Shown here: piece by piece, positions 38,680 through 49,240 of the stretch
Layout: every line of letters begins with the position of its first letter
How positions within the stretch are numbered: the first letter of the stretch is position 1
DNA from: Candidatus Latescibacterota bacterium
GTDB lineage: Bacteria; Latescibacterota; UBA2968; GCA-2709665
Assembly (NCBI GenBank): GCA_965237675.1
Contig: OZ250150.1
Coordinates: 2,336,001 to 2,400,000 of the forward strand
Reading direction: 5' to 3'
Length of the DNA stretch: 64,000 nt
Translations under genes and position numbers: made by a program
The notes under the pieces: model-generated
Seen by the model: the letters and a program-made list of their open reading frames with translations, nothing else
Database searches by the model: none
What the model was told of the DNA's origin: nothing

Positions 38680-39782
38680 TCCATCTCCCTGACCAGTTCC
38701 GCACAGACCAGATCCGCCATTAGAAATCCGCGGCGGGTGAGGCGGATCCGCCCGTCTCGACGTTCGAGAAGGTGATCGGGAACGACGGAGGTCGACTTGC
38801 CGCCGGTTCCCAACAGCGTCTCGGGAATGCCATCGGCGCGCCGGAGGCCAAGCATAACCTGTTCGACGAGCCGTCCCTGGGAGGAGATAACCTCTTCCGC
38901 TTCAACGGCAACACCTGAGGATTCAACGCCCTTTATATACGCCATGAGGGGGCGGATGTTCCAGGTGCGGCGGTCGTTGAAGAAGGAATGGGCGGAAAGT
39001 CCTATGCCAATATACGGGCGTCGGTCCCAGCATGCGATATTGTGGCGGCAGGCAAAACCCGGCTGTGCGAAGCTTGAGACTTCGTACTGGACGTAGCCGG
39101 CCTCGCGCAATCTATCCTGCGCGATCTCGTACATTTCTGCCTGAGCATTTTCAGGAGGCAGCGGCAGGCGGTTTGTTTTCATGCGGCGGTCGAATGGTGT
39201 GCCGGGCTCGATGGTCAGCCCGTAGACGGAGACATGCTCCGCACGGAGGTGCAGGGCACGGTCCAGGGTCCGCCGCCAGGTGTCTGCCGTTTGCCGGGGC
39301 GCGGAGAAGATCAGGTCGATGTTGATGTTTCTGAAGCCGGCCCGGCGCGCGGCGCCGACGGCTGCCTCGGCCTCGGCAGATGTGTGCCGCCTGCCCAGGG
39401 CCCTGAGCGTGGGGTTGTCGAGGGCCTGTACGCCCAGGCTGAGCCTGTTAATGCCGATCGCCGCCAGGTCGGCGAATCGCGATCGGTCTTCGGGGTTGGC
39501 TTCGGCGGAGATCTCCGCCTCCGGCGCGATCCGTGAAAGGGTCCGGGCGGTATCCAGAATTCGCTCCAGCGACTCCGGCGGAATTTCCGAGGGCGTGCCG
39601 CCGCCGAAAAAGACGGTGTCGAAAACCGTGCGGCTGCCCAAGTGCGGGAGGCGGGTCCGGAATTCCCGGATGACCGCCCTGGTGTACCGTTCCGCCAGGT
39701 GAGTCTTGCCGACGTCGAAGGCAAAATCGCAATAGGGGCACCGGGATTTACAGAACGGAATGTGGATGTAAAGACCGGACAT
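38664..39782 (-). CDS. hemW: Radical SAM heme chaperone HemW
   Basis: Motifs YIHIPFC-x3-C-x2-C, GGGTPS, EANP, YEVSS, HN; follows lepA-lepB. Confidence 0.85.
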   Translation of the reverse strand: MSGLYIHIPFCKSRCPYCDFAFDVGKTHLAERYTRAVIREFRTRLPHLGSRTVFDTVFFGGGTPSEIPPESLERILDTARTLSRIAPEAEISAEANPEDRSRFADLAAIGINRLSLGVQALDNPTLRALGRRHTSAEAEAAVGAARRAGFRNINIDLIFSAPRQTADTWRRTLDRALHLRAEHVSVYGLTIEPGTPFDRRMKTNRLPLPPENAQAEMYEIAQDRLREAGYVQYEVSSFAQPGFACRHNIACWDRRPYIGIGLSAHSFFNDRRTWNIRPLMAYIKGVESSGVAVEAEEVISSQGRLVEQVMLGLRRADGIPETLLGTGGKSTSVVPDHLLERRDGRIRLTRRGFLMADLVCAELVREMEWKFA

Positions 39783-39816
39783 AGGCGCTAGAAGTCAACG
39801 GGACAGCGAGACGTTT

Positions 39817-40578
39817 TCATTTGACCATCCGGCCGATTCGGCCCCACCGTGCGCGCCCGAATCCGTGTAGCAGGTTGTAGATGGCCATCCTGGGAATAGA
39901 GAGGATGTTTTCAAATTCCGGCGCCCCGGGGTCCGGCGCCCACGACCAGTAGATGATGTTCGCCTGCGCCCGGATGCGCTTTTTCTCCAGGAAGCCCCAG
40001 TAGCGGCTGTCCTCGCTATTGTCCCGGCTGTCTCCCATGACGAAATAGTGTCCCTGGGGAACCCTTACGCGGCGCATGTTGTCCCGAACGCCGCCTGGAG
40101 ACGATACGGGCAGGATGACAGGATCCGCGTATTTGGAAAGAGGCGGATCGACGGTGCGCTTTCCGTCCACGTAGAGTATTTTATCGCGGACCTCAACGTC
40201 CTGACCGGGGCCGGCCACCACGCGTTTTATAAAGTCCCGATCCGGATTCCTCGGGTACTCGAAAATGACAATATCGCCGGGTTCGGGATCGCTAAAACCG
40301 GGGAGGCGGGCATCGGTGAAGGGAATTCTGGCGCCGTAGATGAATTTGTTGGCCAGCAGAAAGTCGCCTACCAGAAGCGTGTTTTCCATCGAGCCCGTGG
40401 GAATACTGAAGGCCTGAACCACAAAGGTCCGCAAAAAAAGCGCCAGGGCAACGGCCATCAGAATGGCTTCGAGATATTCTCTGGCCACGGGCTTTTTCCT
40501 TCGGCCGGTTCTCCCCTTCCGGGCCTTTCGGGTCGGGGCCTTTTTCCCTGCCCGCCTACGTCGTGCGAATTTGACCAT
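39817..40578 (-). CDS. lepB: Signal peptidase I
   Basis: Motifs IPTGSMENTL, FIKRVV, MGDSRDNSEDSRYWG. Confidence 0.95.
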   Translation of the reverse strand: MVKFARRRRAGKKAPTRKARKGRTGRRKKPVAREYLEAILMAVALALFLRTFVVQAFSIPTGSMENTLLVGDFLLANKFIYGARIPFTDARLPGFSDPEPGDIVIFEYPRNPDRDFIKRVVAGPGQDVEVRDKILYVDGKRTVDPPLSKYADPVILPVSSPGGVRDNMRRVRVPQGHYFVMGDSRDNSEDSRYWGFLEKKRIRAQANIIYWSWAPDPGAPEFENILSIPRMAIYNLLHGFGRARWGRIGRMVK

Positions 40579-40660
40579 TTGTCTGGTTTTTCAGCTCAGG
40601 GTCCGCGGGTACCCGGCCCCTGACTTGGCAGCTGTCTTTAAATCTCTGGCGGTCTTCGCG

Positions 40661-40687
40661 CCTGCCTGCTGCCGCAGGCAAGGCAGG
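40661..40687. repeat. 27-bp CCTGCCT…AGGCAGG hairpin
   Basis: CCTGCCT-GC-TGCC-GCA-GGCA-AGGCAGG, same family as 15108. Confidence 0.55.
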
Positions 40688-40841
40688 CGGCTGCAAAAGC
40701 GTCGGTCGGCGTTGGTCAAACCCACCCGTATTTAGCGGTCGAGGCTGCGCGCCCCTCGCCTCTCATAGGCGGGTTCGCCCGCCTGGACCGACACCTTTTC
40801 GCTCGCGCTCGGGAACTCACCAGGAATTTTAAAACACCTGC

Positions 40842-42641
40842 TTACATTTCCATACGCAGGACGGCAAGGAACGCTTCCTGGGGAATTTCGATGTTTCCCA
40901 CCTGCTTCATCCGTCGTTTTCCTTCCCTCTGACGTTCCAGAAGTTTCCGTTTTCGGGTCACGTCTCCACCGTAACACTTGGCGGTTACGTTCTTTCGAAA
41001 GGGACGCACGGACGTTCTGGAGATGACTTTCCTGCCGATGGCGGCCTGGATGACGACCTCGAACATCTGGCGCGGGATGAGTTCTTTGAGTTTGGAGCAG
41101 ACCGCCCGCCCCCATTCGTAGGCTTTCTCCCGATGGACGACGGCGGACAGAGCGTCGACCGGGTCTTCATTGATGACCAGGTCGAGTTTGACCAGGTCGG
41201 CGGACCGATGTTCTTTGTACTCGTAGTCGAACGAGGCATACCCGCGGCTTACGGATTTGAGGCGGTCGTAAAAGTCGAGCATGATTTCAGATAGGGGGAG
41301 TTCGTAACGCAGCAGGGCGCGCGCGGGATCCACGTATTCGGTGGTAATATAGATCCCTCGACGGTCCTGGGCAACCTGCATGGTCGCGCCGATGTATTCG
41401 GACGGAACCAGAATCTGCGCGTTGAGAACGGGTTCCGCGATTTCTTCGATCTGAACGGCGGGGGGCATCTCGGCGGGATTGTGCACGATTTGGACGTCCC
41501 CGTTTGTGAGCAGGACTTCGTACTCCACGTTGGGTACGGTGGTGATAATCTCCATGTCGAATTCGCGGGCGAGGCGCTCCTGTACGATTTCCATATGAAG
41601 CAGCCCCAGGAAACCGCAGCGGAAACCGAACCCCAGAGCCGTGGAGGTCTCCGGCTCGAAACGGAGCGACGCGTCGTTCAGACGCAGTTTCTCCAGGGCC
41701 GTTCGAAGGTTCGTGTAGTCTTCCGCGTCAACGGGGTAGACGCCGGAAAAAACCATGGGTTTGACTTGCTGGTACCCGGGTAACGGTTCCTCGGCGGGTC
41801 GGGTACACCCGGTAACGGTGTCACCCATGTTGAGTTCCTCGAGGTCCTTCACGCCGGCGATGAGATAACCGACTTCTCCGGCCCGGAGCATCTGCGTCTT
41901 GACGCGTTTGAGTTTAAGGACGCCGATTTCCTCGGCTTCGAACTGACGCCCGGTGGAGAAGAACCGGATGGGCGCGCCGCTCCGGAGGCTTCCCTGGAAG
42001 ATGCGGATCAAGGCGACGGCGCCGCGGTACCGGTCGAAGATGGAATCAAAGATAAGGGCCTGGAGGGGCGCGTCCGGATCGCCCTGCGGCGGTGGAATCT
42101 GTTCGATGATCGCCTGTAGCAGGCCTTCGACGCCGATACCCTCCTTGGCGCTTATTTTGTGAATTTCGGATTCTTCAACACCCAGGAGGTCGTGGACCTG
42201 CAGGACGACCCGGTCCACGTCGATGTTGGGAAGATCAATCTTGTTGATGACCGGGATTATCGCCAGGTCCTGTTCCATCGCGAGCAGGACGTTGCTGATC
42301 GTCTGGGCCTCCACGCCCTGCGCGGCGTCTACGAGAAGGAGGGTGCCTTCACAGGCCGCCAGGCTTCGGGAAACCTCATATGAGAAGTCGACGTGCCCCG
42401 GCGTGTCGATGAGGTTGAGAATATAGGTTTGACCATCTGAACACCGGTGGTCCATCCGGACGGCGTGGGACTTGATGGTGATGCCGCGTTCCCGCTCCAG
42501 GTCCATATCGTCCAGGACCTGGTCCACCATCTCATTTCGTGACAGGGTCGAGGTGTTCTCCAGGAGCCGGTCCGCCAGGGTCGACTTGCCGTGGTCGATG
42601 TGGGCAATGATGCAGAAGTTTCTGATATTCTGGATACTCAT
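40842..42641 (-). CDS. lepA: Translation elongation factor 4
   Basis: Motifs [41 protein letters not shown]. Confidence 0.98.
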   Translation of the reverse strand: MSIQNIRNFCIIAHIDHGKSTLADRLLENTSTLSRNEMVDQVLDDMDLERERGITIKSHAVRMDHRCSDGQTYILNLIDTPGHVDFSYEVSRSLAACEGTLLLVDAAQGVEAQTISNVLLAMEQDLAIIPVINKIDLPNIDVDRVVLQVHDLLGVEESEIHKISAKEGIGVEGLLQAIIEQIPPPQGDPDAPLQALIFDSIFDRYRGAVALIRIFQGSLRSGAPIRFFSTGRQFEAEEIGVLKLKRVKTQMLRAGEVGYLIAGVKDLEELNMGDTVTGCTRPAEEPLPGYQQVKPMVFSGVYPVDAEDYTNLRTALEKLRLNDASLRFEPETSTALGFGFRCGFLGLLHMEIVQERLAREFDMEIITTVPNVEYEVLLTNGDVQIVHNPAEMPPAVQIEEIAEPVLNAQILVPSEYIGATMQVAQDRRGIYITTEYVDPARALLRYELPLSEIMLDFYDRLKSVSRGYASFDYEYKEHRSADLVKLDLVINEDPVDALSAVVHREKAYEWGRAVCSKLKELIPRQMFEVVIQAAIGRKVISRTSVRPFRKNVTAKCYGGDVTRKRKLLERQREGKRRMKQVGNIEIPQEAFLAVLRMEM

Positions 42642-42716
42642 CCTCAGAATGCTCTGGGATTAAAGGCAACTTCAAAAAATTCAACCGTCTACACGCAATT
42701 GTAGATTGAAGTTTAG

Positions 42717-42745
42717 AATATACTCTCTTCGGGGATTGAAGTCAA
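42717..42745 (-). promoter_or_regulatory. sigma70-type promoter of the lepA operon
   Basis: Minus strand TTGACT-N17-TATATT. Confidence 0.6.
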
Positions 42746-42843
42746 CCGCAGAAGGGGTAATGCCGCCGTCCGGACGGCCCGGAAAACGGCAATCCAGCGT
42801 CCGGTTGAAACGCAGAGCGGGACCGGTTTTGGGTTCAAAGGTG

Positions 42844-42873
42844 TTGACAGACCGGGAAACGGGTCGGTATATT
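42844..42873 (+). promoter_or_regulatory. Divergent sigma70-type promoter
   Basis: TTGACA-N18-TATATT upstream of the oxidoreductase. Confidence 0.55.
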
Positions 42874-42913
42874 GAAAAAAAACGGCATCCGTTCATGGGA
42901 GGATCCTGGCATT

Positions 42914-44125
42914 ATGGACAGGCTTCGGATTGCGATGATCGGAGTTGGCGTGGATCCGGATTCCCGGGCGCGTCAATATCTCAGTACAATCGTGCGGCTG
43001 AAGGATCATTACGAACTGGTCGGGATCTGCGACCGCGACGAAGGCGCGATAGCGGAGGCGTCAGCGGGCGCTTCAACGGCCTGTTTCCGTGACATCCGAT
43101 CCCTCTTTGCCTCGGTACAACCCGACGTGGTATTGAGTATGACCCCGAAGGATTCTCATGTCGTGATCGCGCTGACGGCCGCGCGGCACGGGGCCCACGT
43201 CATCACGGAGATTCCCGTGGCGCTCACCAGGAGGTACGCGCAGGCGGTTGCGCGAACATGCAGAGATCACGGTGTGCTCTGGGAGGTGGCCGAGCAGGTG
43301 TGGTTGTGGCCGCGGGAGCGACTGAAAAAAAGGATTATCGAGGCCGGCCTGCTGGGCGGGTTGACCCATTCGCGGTTGTGGTACCTGACGGGTCAGTACC
43401 ATGGGTTCAACGGGGTTCGTTCTTTGCTGGGTGAGGACGCGAGGCGGGTTCTGGGCTATTGCGGAGAGGTGTCCACGCTACCGTACGAGGCGTACGGAGG
43501 GGAGCGGGAGACCACGATGATGTGGGATCACGCGGTGGTGGAGTTCGACAGCAGTATCGTATGTCTTTTCGAAAAACCGCCGCGCGTCTTTCCATCCGCG
43601 GCGCACGGTTTCCCCACGGGGTGGCATGTGGAAGGGACCAGGGGATACCTGGACCAGAGTCAACTCGTGCTGTACGGCGAAGAAACGTCGCGGGCGTACG
43701 ATCTGCTCGAGCGGTACGTGGACATCGACGGGCAGTCCGTACTGGATGTCGCGCAGGTGGAAACGGACCCGCCCGTCGTCTGGGAGAATCCGTACAGGAA
43801 GTGGCGCATCGGATCGGCCGACGACGTCGCCAAGGCGAGCATTCTCGTCAGTTTTCACACGGCGATTACCGGTGGCGGCCAGCCGCAGTACGGGCATGAG
43901 AACGCGTTGAAAGATTGGGAGATCTGCCTGGCGGTTCGGGAAAGCGCCGATCGCGGGAATGCCTGGGTGGACCTTCCGCTGGACAAGCCGACGGCGCTCG
44001 AGCGAAAAATCGAGGCGGAATTCGTGCGGCGCTACGGCCACGACCCCATTGAAGAGACCGATCAGCTTCTGGACGCGCCGTTCAACCGGTCGGCCACGCT
44101 GTGGCCCTTCGCGCACTGGCTGTGA
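42914..44125 (+). CDS. Gfo/Idh/MocA family oxidoreductase
   Basis: Motifs RIAMIGVG, LVGICD, SH…AARHGAHVITEIP. Confidence 0.8.
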   Translation: MDRLRIAMIGVGVDPDSRARQYLSTIVRLKDHYELVGICDRDEGAIAEASAGASTACFRDIRSLFASVQPDVVLSMTPKDSHVVIALTAARHGAHVITEIPVALTRRYAQAVARTCRDHGVLWEVAEQVWLWPRERLKKRIIEAGLLGGLTHSRLWYLTGQYHGFNGVRSLLGEDARRVLGYCGEVSTLPYEAYGGERETTMMWDHAVVEFDSSIVCLFEKPPRVFPSAAHGFPTGWHVEGTRGYLDQSQLVLYGEETSRAYDLLERYVDIDGQSVLDVAQVETDPPVVWENPYRKWRIGSADDVAKASILVSFHTAITGGGQPQYGHENALKDWEICLAVRESADRGNAWVDLPLDKPTALERKIEAEFVRRYGHDPIEETDQLLDAPFNRSATLWPFAHWL

Positions 44126-44447
44126 GAGAGGAAGTGGTATCCAGAAGCTGTTTTTTCGCCGGACGCCGACGATCCACCCTTTCCTCTGGACACTTGGCTG
44201 TTGTAAAGGGCGGGCCGCTCGACATGCTGGCTCTGCGTGAGTGTTTGCAAACCGGAATCAAACAAGATTTAAGTGACAAAAGCCTCTCGGAATTGGAGAA
44301 ATTGGTTATCTTATGGACGTAATACCATCTGCACGGCATTAGATTCGATCGACAAGAAGAAGAGGACGTTTAGGAGCGGCAATACCCGATTGAAAGGGCA
44401 AAGAGGTTTCTGAGCAATGGGGCCAGGTTGATAGAGGAGGCAATGTT

Positions 44448-44666
44448 ATGGGTCTTGTTGATGGGACAATGAGGTTGATCGAGCGTGTTGTAAAGGGCGG
44501 GCGCTCAGACGATTCTGTCCAGAACGTTACGGATGACAAAGCCTGGGACGAGGCTCAGGCTGCGGATATAGACGAGGGCCTTCGCAGCGGCAGGATTAAG
44601 ATGCTGTCCGCAGAGGAGTCCCAGGAAGCGATTGACGCTCTCAAGAAGAAGTGGGACATGCCTTGA
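44448..44666 (+). CDS. Putative antitoxin
   Basis: Small acidic ORF with GGAGG RBS, overlapping a RelE-like gene (…DEGLRSGRIKMLSAEE…). Confidence 0.5.
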   Translation: MGLVDGTMRLIERVVKGGRSDDSVQNVTDDKAWDEAQAADIDEGLRSGRIKMLSAEESQEAIDALKKKWDMP

Positions 44667-44992
44667 GTAGACGGCGACGGAGAAGACCTGAGAGTGTGCA
44701 GACCGAGCCCGGGGTGCAGGGAGATCCCAAAGTTATTCTATCTGACACGGCTCTCAAAATGCTGGAGACGTTTCAGCCCAATGTAGGGCGTTTGGCTATG
44801 GAGAGGATCGAGGCTCTGAGGAACCCTCAGAATCGAAGGGGCTCAATCAAGATTCAGGGTCGGTCAGCCAACGATCCCATGTTTCGAATCGAGTGCGGAA
44901 ATTACAGGATCTTTTATAAGAGAATCGGTCCTGACGTTCATGTCGTGGATATCCGCCACCGGCAAGGGGCCTATAGCCTGATCAATTCATGA
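44663..44992 (+). CDS. RelE/ParE family toxin
   Basis: Motifs KIQG…FRIECGNYRIFY…VHVVDIRHRQGAY; start codon uncertain. Confidence 0.7.
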   Translation: MSRRRRRRPESVQTEPGVQGDPKVILSDTALKMLETFQPNVGRLAMERIEALRNPQNRRGSIKIQGRSANDPMFRIECGNYRIFYKRIGPDVHVVDIRHRQGAYSLINS

Positions 44993-45080
44993 ATTGTCAC
45001 GGTTAGCTGCTTTATTCGCCAATCAATCAGCTCCACCGCCGCACAATGGCTTGTCGAGCCGCTGAGGAAGCGTGTGTGAA

Positions 45081-45269
45081 GGTGGGGTAGACATTCCTGT
45101 CTGCCATGCTCTTTGTCTTTCTTCCGGAATGCACACAGAAGTGATCCAATAGATAGCGCCGTCCTTTTGCCAGTGGGGGAGACGGCGGCGAGTCGTGGTG
45201 TGTCGGGACACAGGATTCCCAGGTTCCGGTTTGATGTCTGTGAGCAGACAAGAATGTCCGCTCCACCCT
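45081..45269 (-). mobile_element. Internally deleted REP-associated tyrosine transposase (RAYT) remnant between inverted REP-like ends
   Basis: N-terminal RRRLPHWQKDGAIYWIT, flanked by GGTGGGGTAGACATTCCTGTCTGC and GCAGACAAGAATGTCCGCTCCACC. Confidence 0.6.
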
Positions 45270-45505
45270 TTCAGGCTCTCGTTCGATGTTTACATCACAG
45301 CCTATCAGGCTGCTCTCTTCGCGAATCCATCATCTCCACGCCCGCACAATGGCTTGTAGAACCGTTGAGGAAGTGGACGTGAACCCTTTCAAGCCTTTTT
45401 TCGAGGTATCGCTTGAGCGCGTCAACCATATGAGACAGATCGCCTGTACTGGCTTCCATTTCCCGAGACAGCAAGGTGCCACTGTCACCGACCTGCTTGC
45501 GGTGA

Positions 45506-45538
45506 CCTGCCTGCGCCGCGTTGGGCGCGGCAGGCAGG
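45506..45538. repeat. 33-bp CCTGCCTG…CAGGCAGG hairpin
   Basis: CCTGCCTG-CG-CCGCG-TTGGG-CGCGG-CAGGCAGG. Confidence 0.6.
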
Positions 45539-45785
45539 CGCACAGGCTGGCTGGTCAGGACGCGACCGTCGAAGGCGCCTTCCATATTCGTGGCGCACCG
45601 ACTTGCAAGTGCGACCCTGTCATGATTGTCTTGAACGTATACGGTAGTTTTCTCCCAATTCATTGTTATAACATTATTTGTGTCACCCAAATACAATGAT
45701 TTGGGTAAGGAAACTACCTTTTTTATGAATAATTCAGGATAGATAGTGTGATTGTAAAATAAAGATAAACGGCGGCGTCATCACC

Positions 45786-46082
45786 CTATTCCGACGCCGC
45801 CAGCAAGCGGTCCTTGACGGATATGACGCTCCCGTCAACGTCATTGATGCGAACGACCTTATAGGAACGCGCTGGACGTCCCTCACCCAACGCCGCAGTC
45901 AGAGTGATCTTATGTTCCCACGGGCGAGAGAAGCCGATCGTAATTTTCCATTCGTTTGACGTGTCGTCGAACTCGACCTCCTCGAGACCGACATGGGAGA
46001 TCCCCTCACCGTCGAAAAGGTCAATCAGATATTCTTTCGCCACTTGCGCGGCTTCTCTTACGTCCATATTCGTGTCGTCCAT
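45786..46082 (-). CDS. Small conserved-looking hypothetical protein
   Basis: MDVREAAQVAKEY…LEEVEFDD…WKITIGFSRPW…YKVVRI; GGAG RBS. Confidence 0.65.
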   Translation of the reverse strand: MDDTNMDVREAAQVAKEYLIDLFDGEGISHVGLEEVEFDDTSNEWKITIGFSRPWEHKITLTAALGEGRPARSYKVVRINDVDGSVISVKDRLLAASE

Positions 46083-46333
46083 TGGAGTCTCCGTTCTATT
46101 TGACCAAAGTGGAACTGTAGTATCATCGTTCCATAAAGGAACTTCCTTGCCACCCAAACCCCCGTGGGATCCTATTTGTTCGATCGTTTTCCTATCGCCT
46201 AGTGAAGGGCACAAGGCGGGCAATGTTACGGTTGCTATCGGTGGATGATTGCCGGATGAACGGCTTCGGACGTAAATAGAGCGCCTTATTGTGCATTCAC
46301 TTCAGTCGCTCCCGTAGAGGGAATTGGAAAGAC

Positions 46334-47404
46334 CTATTGGTGGTCGGCCCTCTTAATAGCACGAAGTTCCATCATGTTTGTCTCGCCATAAGGTGTAAGC
46401 GTCCAGTAGTTGGCTTTGTCCTTTACGCTCCTATTCCTGGTACTCTTAATTATCAGTCTTAACGCAAGTAGCTGGACCTTGATCGTGTTGAAATCATTAG
46501 TGCCTATTTCAAAGGGCCCCAAGGAAAATTTCCTGAGGTTGGGATCGTCCCTGTGTGATCTGCCGTTAATTTCCATGGTCATACGATCTAATTCATTCTT
46601 GAGTTGGTCGTCGGTCGCCTCGTCAACCATGAGAGGAGAAATCCGGGCGAATATCTGTGACCAAGTCACCGAGTAATCCGCAGAATGGGATGTGTAATTG
46701 GTATTGAACGAGAGGTGCCAAGTATCGGGTTCATTTTTGGATTCGTATGACCTAAAGCTATAGTGAATTGTGAATTCGTCCTCTCCTTGCGCCAAATGTG
46801 CGGTTTCTTTTGGGGCAGTGGCGCTTATGGTTTCGAGTTCTCGCTGGAGTTCATCAACCCGACGCCTGAGTTCTAAAATTTCTTTTGTTGCTTCCTGGGA
46901 CGGAAGTAAGTCCGCTTTCACCCAACCGGTAGCTGGATTGTTCTTGATCAGTTTGACAAGGCTGCGACTGACTGCAGATCCAAGGTCTGTCGGATTGGTC
47001 CAGTAACGAACCATCTTTTTCTTGGCAAGATTGCAGAATTCATCCAGTTTCTTCGCTAGTTGGGGGTTTTTTTCGGTGTCTTCGGCTGGTAGCTTCCCCG
47101 GATCCTTGTGTAAGAATGCGATCACTGGCAGGCCCTTGGAGACCGCATACTCATATTCTAACTGCGTGAAACTCTTCTCGGCAGGTCCAGTAGAACCGTA
47201 GCGTCCGGCGATAATCACGATGTAATAGTCACAATCGTCTATTGCTCGCTTAATCAAGGTCCATTGATCATCGTCCGCGGCGGGAAAGAGTTCCATCCCG
47301 GCAGGAATACAGTCCAACTCCAATAATGCCTGCATTACTTCTTGGCGCGCTCTAAGGAGGTCCGTGTAGGTTGAACTGACGAATACTTGGTATCGTTTAT
47401 CCAT
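46334..47404 (-). CDS. DUF4062 domain protein (TIR/nucleoside-deoxyribosyltransferase-like N-terminus)
   Basis: Motifs YQVFVSSTYTDL, PAGMELFP, IDDCDYYIVIIAGRYGS, SFTQLEYEYA. Confidence 0.85.
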   Translation of the reverse strand: MDKRYQVFVSSTYTDLLRARQEVMQALLELDCIPAGMELFPAADDDQWTLIKRAIDDCDYYIVIIAGRYGSTGPAEKSFTQLEYEYAVSKGLPVIAFLHKDPGKLPAEDTEKNPQLAKKLDEFCNLAKKKMVRYWTNPTDLGSAVSRSLVKLIKNNPATGWVKADLLPSQEATKEILELRRRVDELQRELETISATAPKETAHLAQGEDEFTIHYSFRSYESKNEPDTWHLSFNTNYTSHSADYSVTWSQIFARISPLMVDEATDDQLKNELDRMTMEINGRSHRDDPNLRKFSLGPFEIGTNDFNTIKVQLLALRLIIKSTRNRSVKDKANYWTLTPYGETNMMELRAIKRADHQ

Positions 47405-47764
47405 ATTACCCGTCCTCGTTCGGGGCACACGATGCCGACAACGAGATGACGAATAGTATATTCAGTGGTTACTGTTGAATTGTACCAGTATGTGGCATGG
47501 ATGGCGATGCAGTTCTAAGGGGCCATGCAGTTCTCTCGCGAGTTGCTGCTTTGTCAAGTATATTGATGGCCGGGTTGTGGTCATTGAGGTGTATCATGAA
47601 GTCAGGGTACACTTTTTGAATGGTATAAAAGTTGGGGTGTGCCTGACATCCCGTGTTCTGGTCAACATTGCCCAATATAATCAATATCGGATCGACGGGC
47701 AATCGGTCACTCCGTTTTCCGCATTAACGGCCGATGAAACTTGGCATTTATTGAGGGCGTCTCC

Positions 47765-48895
47765 GTGAAAATCGAGTCCGCTGAGATACGATATGTGGAA
47801 CTGCCGCTGATATCGCCCTGGCGGACCGCATACGGCGAGGATGCCTCGATTCATTCCGTGATGGTCAAACTGTCCGGTGACGGGGCTGATGCGTGGGGCG
47901 AGGCGGCGCCGTTCTACGCTCCGACCTATTCGCCCGAATCGGCGCGGTCCGTCTATGAGACGGCCCGGGAGTTTTTTTTGCCGCGGATTGTGGGTCATAC
48001 ACTGAATTCGGCAGAGGAATTCCTGGAAAGACTGTCGATTTTCAAGGGGAATCCATTCGCGAAGGCGGCGGTGGAAACGGCCTGGTGGGCGCTCGATAGC
48101 AAGTTGAAAGCCGTTCCGCTCTGGCGCGCGCTCGGAGCGGAGGTGCCGGTGGTGCGATGCGGCGCCGATTTCGGGATCCAGGATACGATCGATGAACTTC
48201 TCGCTCTGTTCCAGGGAGCTGTAGACGCGGGTTATCCGCGGGTCAAGTTGAAGGTGAAACACGGATGGGATATCGAGATGCTGGATGCCGTGCGGTCGGC
48301 CTTTCCCGATCCGGTGATTCACGTGGATTGCAACTCCGGCTACGACTTGAAAACCGATGTTGACACGCTCAAGGCATTCGATCGGTTCAACCTGGCGATG
48401 ATCGAACAGCCTCTGGATCACACGGATCTCATTGAACACGCAAAGTTGCAACGTCAGATCGAAACGCCCGTTTGCCTCGACGAATCGGTGACGCGCCCGC
48501 GGGATTTTGAACTGGCGCTGAAAATCGATGCCTGCCGCGTGATTAATGTAAAGCCGGGACGGGTGGGCGGCCTGTACAACGCGGTGCGGATTCACGATAT
48601 GGCGCGGGACGCAGGCGTGGCCGCCTGGGTCGGCGGCATGCTGGAAAGCGGCGTGGGCGCGGGGATCTGCGCCGCGCTGGGGACGCTGCCTGGATTCACC
48701 TATCCCGCGGACGTGTTTCCTTCTTCGAGATTTTACGCTGAGGATATTACGGACCGGTGGGTAGAGCAGGACGAAAATTGCAATGTCGTACTGGACGATA
48801 CGCCCGGAGTGGGATTCGATCCGGTGCCGGAGAGATTGGATGCGGTGACGACGTTGCGGACTGTGATTAACTATGATGATCGTGATTTGCTGTGA
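47765..48895 (+). CDS. menC: o-succinylbenzoate synthase / N-succinylamino acid racemase (enolase superfamily)
   Basis: Motifs KLK, VDCN, IEQPL, CLDES, NVKPGRVGG, WVGGMLE. Confidence 0.75.
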   Translation: MKIESAEIRYVELPLISPWRTAYGEDASIHSVMVKLSGDGADAWGEAAPFYAPTYSPESARSVYETAREFFLPRIVGHTLNSAEEFLERLSIFKGNPFAKAAVETAWWALDSKLKAVPLWRALGAEVPVVRCGADFGIQDTIDELLALFQGAVDAGYPRVKLKVKHGWDIEMLDAVRSAFPDPVIHVDCNSGYDLKTDVDTLKAFDRFNLAMIEQPLDHTDLIEHAKLQRQIETPVCLDESVTRPRDFELALKIDACRVINVKPGRVGGLYNAVRIHDMARDAGVAAWVGGMLESGVGAGICAALGTLPGFTYPADVFPSSRFYAEDITDRWVEQDENCNVVLDDTPGVGFDPVPERLDAVTTLRTVINYDDRDLL

Positions 48896-49013
48896 TTAAA
48901 CCGCATGAAGAGACTGTAATTGATGTGGTTTTGGGATTGACCTGGATGGATTGATGGCGATAAGAAGAGATAGGATGTTCATCGCTCGGCTGAATCCACG
49001 GATGGACGCCTGC

Positions 49014-49170
49014 ACCCTGAGCCGCTCCCGAGCCTGCGGTCCCTGAGCTTGTCGAAGGGTCGGCGCAGGGTAGCGAAGCGCGGGCATTTCGACGAGCTCG
49101 TTTCGACAAGCTCAACGCACGCAATGACCACGCTTCGGTATGCGATTTTCGACTGCGCTCAGAATGACAG
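49014..49170. repeat. Cluster of REP-like elements (CCTGAGCTTGTCGAAGG / TTCGACAAGCTCA family)
   Basis: Several degenerate inverted copies in a convergent intergenic region. Confidence 0.55.
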
Positions 49171-49240
49171 GTCGGCCCATCGTCAGATTTGTTTGATGTG
49201 ATCATCCCCGTCGAAGGCTGAAGGAGCGACGGGGCTTTTG

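Noticed and set aside
45295-45696. 133-aa minus-strand ORF as a real gene
   Set aside because: It is a patchwork containing a hairpin insertion and a duplicated segment with no recognisable family, so it is more likely a remnant.
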